Part shown: one piece after another, positions 58,768-64,000 of the stretch | Numbering within the stretch: the stretch's first letter is position 1 | How the letters are laid out: every line of letters begins with the position of its first letter | Assembly (NCBI GenBank): GCA_041649555.1 | Contig: JBAZMS010000001.1 | Coordinates: 331,122-395,121 of the forward strand | DNA length: 64,000 bases | Direction: 5' to 3' | DNA from: Candidatus Micrarchaeia archaeon | Lineage (GTDB): Archaea; Micrarchaeota; Micrarchaeia; Anstonellales; Bilamarchaeaceae | Made by a program: the position numbers and the translations under genes | Notes under the pieces: generated by a model | Seen by the model: the letters and a program-made list of their open reading frames with translations, nothing else | What the model was told of the DNA's origin: nothing | Database searches by the model: none

Positions 58768-60060
58768 ATGAAATCCTACATTTTAGATATTTTAACTTCA
58801 AAAGAGGAAGGAAAACATGTGAGTGTTTGCGGATGGGTGTATCGGCATAGAATAAGTGGAAATATGGCATTTGCAATAATCCGTGATTCAACAGGTATAA
58901 TCCAGTGCACAATAAAAAAAGACAAGGTTGATGAAAAAAGCTGGAAGAATACGCAAGATGCATATATTGAAAGTTCTGTAATCATTTCTGGAACAATAAA
59001 AAAAGATGAACGGGCTCCGGGAGGATATGAACTTTTGGCTGACAAATTTGAAACAATCTCAAGAGGGGAGCCGTTTCCAATCTCGAAGGATTTATCAGAA
59101 GAATTTCTTTTAGATGTCAGGCATTTATGGATGAGATCCCAAAAAATAACAAATATAATGAAGGCAAGAAGCCACATTGTAAATTATTTAAGGGAATTTT
59201 TTGCAAATGAAAATTTTTGGGAGTTCGCACCCCCAATAATTACAAAATCAGGTTGCGAAGGTGGTTCTACCTTATTTGAAATGAATTATTTTGGGGAGAA
59301 GGCATATCTTACCCAGAGTTCACAGATGTATGCAGAAGTTTTTATCTACTCTCATGAAAAAGTTTATGTTTTTGCACCTTCGTTTAGGGCTGAAAAATCA
59401 AGAACGATAAGGCATCTGGCAGAATATTGGCATCTTGAACCTGAAATGGCATGGTATGACCAAAAAATGAATATGGAACTGCAGGAAAAAATGCTTGAAT
59501 ATGTTGTGCAAAAAATGGTTGCAAATCACCCGGATCTTTTGAAAATCTGTGGAAGAGAGCCTGAAGAATTGAAAAATATAAAAGTTCCCTTTCCCCGCCT
59601 TGATTATTCAAAAGCAATTGAAAAAGTTAATGAGCTTGGAGGAAAAATGAAATGGGGGGATGATTTTGGAGCAGATGAGGAATCTCTTCTCACAAAAGAA
59701 TATGATGTTCCGTTGTTTGTCCATAATTTTCCCAAAGAAATAAAGGCATTTTATATGAAAGAGGATCCAAAAAAACCAGATACTGTTTTGAATGCAGATG
59801 TTTTAGCCCCCCATGGACATGGAGAAATAATCGGAGGATCAGAGCGTATCTGGGAATTGGAGGAGCTTCTTTCAAGAATGAAAGAACAAAATCTTAATAT
59901 TGATGATTATAAATGGTATGTAGACCTTAGAAGATATGGCTCTGTTCCCCATTCAGGCTATGGCCTTGGGGTTGAAAGATTAGTTAAATGGATTTTAAAT
60001 CTGGATCATATCCGTGATACTATTCCGTTTCCCAGAACTATTAATAGGTGCTATCCTTGA
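58768..60060 (+). CDS. asnS: Asparaginyl-tRNA synthetase
   Basis: YLTQSSQMY, FRAEKSRT.RHL.EYW, EIIGGSER and YGSVPHSGYGLG motifs. Confidence 0.92.
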   Translation: MKSYILDILTSKEEGKHVSVCGWVYRHRISGNMAFAIIRDSTGIIQCTIKKDKVDEKSWKNTQDAYIESSVIISGTIKKDERAPGGYELLADKFETISRGEPFPISKDLSEEFLLDVRHLWMRSQKITNIMKARSHIVNYLREFFANENFWEFAPPIITKSGCEGGSTLFEMNYFGEKAYLTQSSQMYAEVFIYSHEKVYVFAPSFRAEKSRTIRHLAEYWHLEPEMAWYDQKMNMELQEKMLEYVVQKMVANHPDLLKICGREPEELKNIKVPFPRLDYSKAIEKVNELGGKMKWGDDFGADEESLLTKEYDVPLFVHNFPKEIKAFYMKEDPKKPDTVLNADVLAPHGHGEIIGGSERIWELEELLSRMKEQNLNIDDYKWYVDLRRYGSVPHSGYGLGVERLVKWILNLDHIRDTIPFPRTINRCYP

Positions 60061-60596
60061 ATGATAAAAATTCAATAATACAGTTGTATCTTTTGCAGAT
60101 AAAAAATAACGGAATAGCCGGGGACTTGTTTTTAAAATTAAATGAAAAGGAAAAGACTTTTCTTGAAAGAAAAGAAGATAAATATTATTTAAAAAATGAA
60201 GTGCGGAATAAAATCAAAGTTGTTTTGACAGGAGGGGTATTTGATATAATTCATCTGGGGCACATATTTACTCTTTCCGAAGCAAAAAAATACGGGGATG
60301 TTTTAATTGTCTCTGTTGCCCGTGACGAATTTATAAATAAAAAAGGCAGAACCCCTCTCCATGATCAGGAGTCTAGGGCAAAACTCATCCAATCCATTAA
60401 AGGAGTTGATTTTGCCATAATTGGATATATACATCCAGAAGAGCTTGTTAGTAATGTAGGACCGGATGTAATCGTTTATGGATATGACCAAAAACCTTTC
60501 TTAAAGCCTGAAGGAGTAAAAATAGTAAAATTAGAAAAAGGAATAAATGAGGTTGAACTTAAAACCGGAAAATTAATTGAAAAATTTGGATTATAA
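60048..60596 (+). CDS. Cytidylyltransferase-family nucleotidyltransferase (RibL/FAD synthase-like)
   Basis: GGVFDIIHLGH, VARD and PDVIVYGYDQ motifs; start uncertain. Confidence 0.8.
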   Translation: MLSLNDKNSIIQLYLLQIKNNGIAGDLFLKLNEKEKTFLERKEDKYYLKNEVRNKIKVVLTGGVFDIIHLGHIFTLSEAKKYGDVLIVSVARDEFINKKGRTPLHDQESRAKLIQSIKGVDFAIIGYIHPEELVSNVGPDVIVYGYDQKPFLKPEGVKIVKLEKGINEVELKTGKLIEKFGL

Positions 60597-61484
60597 ATTT
60601 TTAAAAAGCTCCAAAATTTCCTCTTCTGTTTTTGTTTGCGTTATTTTTATCCTTAATTCCCTTGCCCCGGAAAACTCTTTTGCAAAGCTTAATGCAATCG
60701 GCTTTAAACAATTATACCCAATCTTATATTTCTCCCTTAATTTATAATACTCTAAAAATCCTTTTTTGGCTAATTTTTCATTATGCTCGATATCTTTTTT
60801 CTTTTTACACTCCTCAAAAATAAACGGGTTTCCAAGGGCAGCCCTTCCGATATAAACCCCATCGCATTTTGTTTCATTTAGCATTTTATATGCGTCTTTC
60901 CAGTTTTTTATGTCCCCATTCCCATATACCGGGATATCCAATTTTTCTTTTATTGATTTAATGGAATTCCAGTCGGCATTTCCAGAGTATCCCTGTTTTG
61001 CAGTCCTTGCATGAATTATTATAGAGTCTGCCCCTGCAGTCTGGATTAATTTTGCAATCTTTATACACTCATTCTTTTCAAATCCAAGCCGTGTTTTTAC
61101 TGAAATCGGCTTTTCAATATTTTTTTTTAGAAGTTTTATTATTTTTCCAAGCCTTTTCAAATCTTTTATTAAGTATGCCCCGGATTTATTTTTAATTATT
61201 TTTTTTACAGAGCATCCCGCATTTATATTTATCTCGCAAAAATTGCTATCCTCAAATTTTTTTGCCGCCAATAACATCTCTTTTTCAGTCTGCCCAAAAA
61301 GTTGGATTGCGCATGGAGCGCTCCCATCAAGTATTGTTGTTGTCGGATCTAATAAACCTGCAATTATTCTTTTATCTGAAACCATCTCGGTTATTGTGAA
61401 ATCTGCCCCATGCCTAGAACACAATAATCTGTATGCAGGATCAGTATATCCCTCCATTGGTGCAAGGGAGAATTTTCTTTTCAT
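60591..61484 (-). CDS. dus: tRNA-dihydrouridine synthase (DusB-like)
   Basis: LAPMEG, QLFG, INAGC, HART, NGDI and IGRAALGNP motifs. Confidence 0.92.
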   Translation of the reverse strand: MKRKFSLAPMEGYTDPAYRLLCSRHGADFTITEMVSDKRIIAGLLDPTTTILDGSAPCAIQLFGQTEKEMLLAAKKFEDSNFCEININAGCSVKKIIKNKSGAYLIKDLKRLGKIIKLLKKNIEKPISVKTRLGFEKNECIKIAKLIQTAGADSIIIHARTAKQGYSGNADWNSIKSIKEKLDIPVYGNGDIKNWKDAYKMLNETKCDGVYIGRAALGNPFIFEECKKKKDIEHNEKLAKKGFLEYYKLREKYKIGYNCLKPIALSFAKEFSGARELRIKITQTKTEEEILELFKNL

Positions 61485-62020
61485 TTTTTCAAGGCCTCCA
61501 AAATTATTTTTAAAAGAGAAATATCTATCCCAACTATTGTATCAAATCTTCCCACATATTTTTCTATAGGGGAATTTTTCTCCTGTATCGCATAAGCGCC
61601 TGCCCTTTTTAATACAACCCTATTTTTGCATTCTTTTTCCACATATTTTTTATCTAATCTTTTCAATTTAACTTTTGAAATTGAAACCCCGCAAATCAAT
61701 TTATTATTTTTAATTCCTGCAATTCCACTATAAACCGAGTGCCATTTTCCAGAAAGTATCCGCAATGTTTTTTTTGCATCGTTCTTGTTTTTTGGCTTTC
61801 CTATCAGCTTTCCCTTAAAATAAACTATCGTGTCGCATCCGATAATTATTTTATTTTTTTCATATCCTGTTTTTGCCTTTAGAACCGAATTTTCAATAAC
61901 TGTTTTTCTGGGGCTTTTCAAAACAATTTCGTTTGCGTTTGTTTTTTTAATTTTAAATCTAAACCCTGTCTTTTTTAATAATTTTATCCTCCCTGCAGAA
62001 CCTGACGCCAAAATAAACAT
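61481..62020 (-). CDS. maf: Maf-family nucleoside triphosphate pyrophosphatase
   Basis: ILASGS..R, GCDTIV, GKP, LSGKWH and AGAYAIQ motifs. Confidence 0.9.
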   Translation of the reverse strand: MFILASGSAGRIKLLKKTGFRFKIKKTNANEIVLKSPRKTVIENSVLKAKTGYEKNKIIIGCDTIVYFKGKLIGKPKNKNDAKKTLRILSGKWHSVYSGIAGIKNNKLICGVSISKVKLKRLDKKYVEKECKNRVVLKRAGAYAIQEKNSPIEKYVGRFDTIVGIDISLLKIILEALKK

Positions 62021-62095
62021 AATTTTTCACTTTTTATCCGAATGAAAGATAAAGGTTTTTAAAGGATAACTTATTTATCCCTATAGGTTTTTACA

Positions 62096-62467
62096 ATGGT
62101 ATTTGTAGGTTTTATTCAGAAGTTTTTTCATAAAGAAAATAAACAAAAAGGCGATGAATTCAAAGAACAGATGGAAGAACAAATAAAAACTGGAAAAAAA
62201 ATTGATCCAGATGAGTTTAAATCAAAGAATTTTGACAATTTTATAAAAGACGCAGAAACCCAGAAAAAAATAAGGGAATGGATGAATAAGTGGAATTACA
62301 AAAAAAGAGGGCTGATGGCCCTTTTATACATCCTATGGCTTCAGGGAACTTCAAACAAAAATGTATTAAGGCAGGCAAGTGACATACTTTCAAAACTTAA
62401 AGGGGAAGACATATTTGCCAAGTTTTTAAATGTCCTGAAATTGAAACCAGAGGGAAAGATGAAGTAA
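62096..62467 (+). CDS. Hypothetical protein
   Basis: 123-aa ORF. Confidence 0.5.
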   Translation: MVFVGFIQKFFHKENKQKGDEFKEQMEEQIKTGKKIDPDEFKSKNFDNFIKDAETQKKIREWMNKWNYKKRGLMALLYILWLQGTSNKNVLRQASDILSKLKGEDIFAKFLNVLKLKPEGKMK

Positions 62468-62512
62468 TTTTTAAACCCCCTATCTTTATAAATATATTTT
62501 TTTTATTATATT

Positions 62513-62623
62513 ATGCAAGAAAACAAAAAAGACTATTGTCCTACTTGTGGTGCCAAACTCATTTTTCGAGAAGGATGCATGGAATGCATTATCTGCGGCT
62601 GGAGCTCTTGCAAAGAAGGCTGA
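62513..62623 (+). CDS. 36-aa Cys-rich Zn-ribbon microprotein (resembles the NrdJ C-terminal motif)
   Basis: Manual translation MQENKKDYCPTCGAKLIFREGCMECIICGWSSCKEG; TATA-like TTTATAAATA about 25 nt upstream. Confidence 0.7.
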   Translation: MQENKKDYCPTCGAKLIFREGCMECIICGWSSCKEG

Positions 62624-62683
62624 TTTGAAAAATATCTTTTCAAATGGTTTAAAAAGATTTATCTTCATTTATATTGTAATTAA

Positions 62684-62838
62684 GCCTCGGTAGCTCAGTT
62701 GGTAGAGCGGCTGACTGTTACCCGCTTTTGACTTATGTCTTACTGATGGCAAAAGCATTGTTGCAAAAGCCATACGGATAAACTGAGACAAAACGGATAG
62801 TAATCAGCAGGCCATAGGTTCGAGTCCTGTCCGGGGCG
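62684..62838 (+). tRNA. tRNA-Asn(GTT) with an 82-nt intron at 37/38 (62721-62802)
   Basis: Cloverleaf GCCTCGG/CCGGGGC; canonical bulge-helix-bulge (CTGT/ATAG central helix, TAC and TAA bulges, CCG/CGG). Confidence 0.93.
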
Positions 62839-62845
62839 ATTAAAA

Positions 62846-62872
62846 GTTTTGTGTTTTGTGTTTTGTGTTTTG
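62846..62872 (+). repeat. (GTTTTGT)x~4 tandem repeat after tRNA-Asn, possible terminator
   Basis: gttttgt gttttgt gttttgt gttttg. Confidence 0.7.
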
Positions 62873-62876
62873 CAGG

Positions 62877-62928
62877 CATTCTAGTAACTGGAATGAAATA
62901 AGGCAAAAACATTCCACTAACTGGAACA
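62877..62928. promoter_or_regulatory. Two operator-like palindromic boxes upstream of the third ATPase
   Basis: CATTCTAGTAACTGGAATG and CATTCCACTAACTGGAACA, 33 bp apart, adjoining TTTTTAAA. Confidence 0.6.
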
Positions 62929-62958
62929 TTTTTAAATCCTTTCGTCTAATAAATATCT

Positions 62959-64000
62959 ATGAAAGATGAAGAATTGCTTAAAGAGATAATTGCTCAGAAT
63001 ATCCATTGGGAAAGTGGAAAAATCGAAATTCCAAATAAAATAATAGAAAGAACAGTATCTTCTCAATTAAAAAAAGAGCTTAATGAAAAACAGGTCATTG
63101 CCTTAATCGGTCTTAGATCTGTTGGTAAAACTACAATTATTAAGCTCCTTATGAAACACCTTCTTATTAACAAAATTGAACCAAAAAAGATATTCTATTT
63201 TTCATTGGATGGTCTACAAAAAGAAGAAAAAATAATCAAGCAAATTATTGATTTATATAGTCGCAATCTTTTAAGAAAGCCTATTAATGAATCAAAGGAT
63301 ACGATTTATTTATTTTTTGATGAAATACAAAAAGTAAAGGATTGGGGGGAAGAAATCAAGTCCTATTATGATAAAAATCTAAAAATTAAATTTATTATTT
63401 CCGGATCTTCAAGTATGAATATTCTAAAAGGGAGTGGAGAAAGTTTGGTTGGGCGAATAATTATACATAAAATTTATCCGTTTTCATTCACGGAGTTTTT
63501 AAAATATAATAATGTGGAAATAGAAAAAATTAATTTGCATAATCTAGCATATCCATCAAAAGCTGAAAAAATTTCAATTCTATTTGAAGATTATATTACA
63601 ATTGGGGGATTTCCTTTGTTTTATAGTTCTCCTGAAGAAATAAGAAAATCATTGCTTAAAAGCATGGTCGATTTGACTTTTTATCGCGATATTGTTAATA
63701 TATTTGATGTCAAAAGAACAGATGTTTTAGAAGGATTGTTTTCTATTTTTATAAAAGAATCGGGAAATGTTATTAATTATTCAAATCTTTCCAATTCATT
63801 AAAAACTAAGTTTGAAACAATTAAATCTTATATGGGATATTTAAGTTCCTCATTTTTAATTTCAAAAAGTTCTTTTTATTCAGGAAGCAAGGTAAAAAGT
63901 CTTGAAAAAAATGAAAAAATTTATGTAGCGGATCATTCATTCGGGCTGTTACAGGAAATCGAGTTGGGCCTTAAAATAGAAACTATCATCTTCAATTCCC
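62959..64000 (+). CDS. COG1373-type AAA+ ATPase (AAA_14/DUF4143), truncated by the window edge
   Basis: Not in the ORF track. MKDEELL..., with GLRSVGKT, FFDEIQK, SGSSS, ESLVGR, GGFP and KIYVAD motifs. Confidence 0.87.
   Translation, partial: MKDEELLKEIIAQNIHWESGKIEIPNKIIERTVSSQLKKELNEKQVIALIGLRSVGKTTIIKLLMKHLLINKIEPKKIFYFSLDGLQKEEKIIKQIIDLYSRNLLRKPINESKDTIYLFFDEIQKVKDWGEEIKSYYDKNLKIKFIISGSSSMNILKGSGESLVGRIIIHKIYPFSFTEFLKYNNVEIEKINLHNLAYPSKAEKISILFEDYITIGGFPLFYSSPEEIRKSLLKSMVDLTFYRDIVNIFDVKRTDVLEGLFSIFIKESGNVINYSNLSNSLKTKFETIKSYMGYLSSSFLISKSSFYSGSKVKSLEKNEKIYVADHSFGLLQEIELGLKIETIIFNS

Noticed and set aside
58768..60060. Non-discriminating AspRS
   Set aside because: QSSQMY and YGSVPHSG fit AsnRS; AspRS typically has QSPQLYKQ and PPHGG.
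340..62668. Numerous 60-230 aa ORFs antisense or out of frame to confident genes (e.g. 11266-11844, 19677-20228, 47455-48141, 37446-37838)
   Set aside because: Shadow ORFs with Phe/Ser/Leu/Ile-rich composition mirroring Lys/Glu-rich sense genes, or overlapping RNA genes.

Overview
An AT-rich archaeal chromosome segment, most likely from a DPANN lineage. Micrarchaeota is my inference, from an unlinked 5S rRNA, a multi-intron tRNA, class I LysRS, CarS and many orphan ORFs. The core content is the L18e-L13-S9-rpoN-tRNA(Pro)-S2 cluster, the complete L3-to-secY-adk ribosomal cluster, EF-1alpha, serS, asnS, lysS, glyA, purB and tRNA/translation-modification genes. The accessory content is a radical-SAM/methyltransferase island with an Lrp regulator, the AmmeMemoRadiSam trio, a HEPN-MNT pair, two GT-B-like genes and three COG1373-type AAA+ ATPase genes. 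Main observation: the two complete ATPase genes sit in ~1.3 kb promoter+ORF cassettes. Each is bounded by a 16-bp direct repeat that duplicates the 3' end of a neighbouring host gene (adk; Lrp), and each carries its own operator-like repeats. No integrase or transposase is visible in the window. A DJ-1/PfpI gene shows an older version of the same scar at the secY-adk junction. Also notable: a tRNA-Leu(UAA) with two introns (one a 157-nt structured T-loop intron) and a 52-bp duplication of its 5' end, several candidate structured RNAs, and small ORFs missed by the ORF track (uS14, uL29, a stand-alone NrdJ-like Cys motif). All calls were made by eye; no searches were run.
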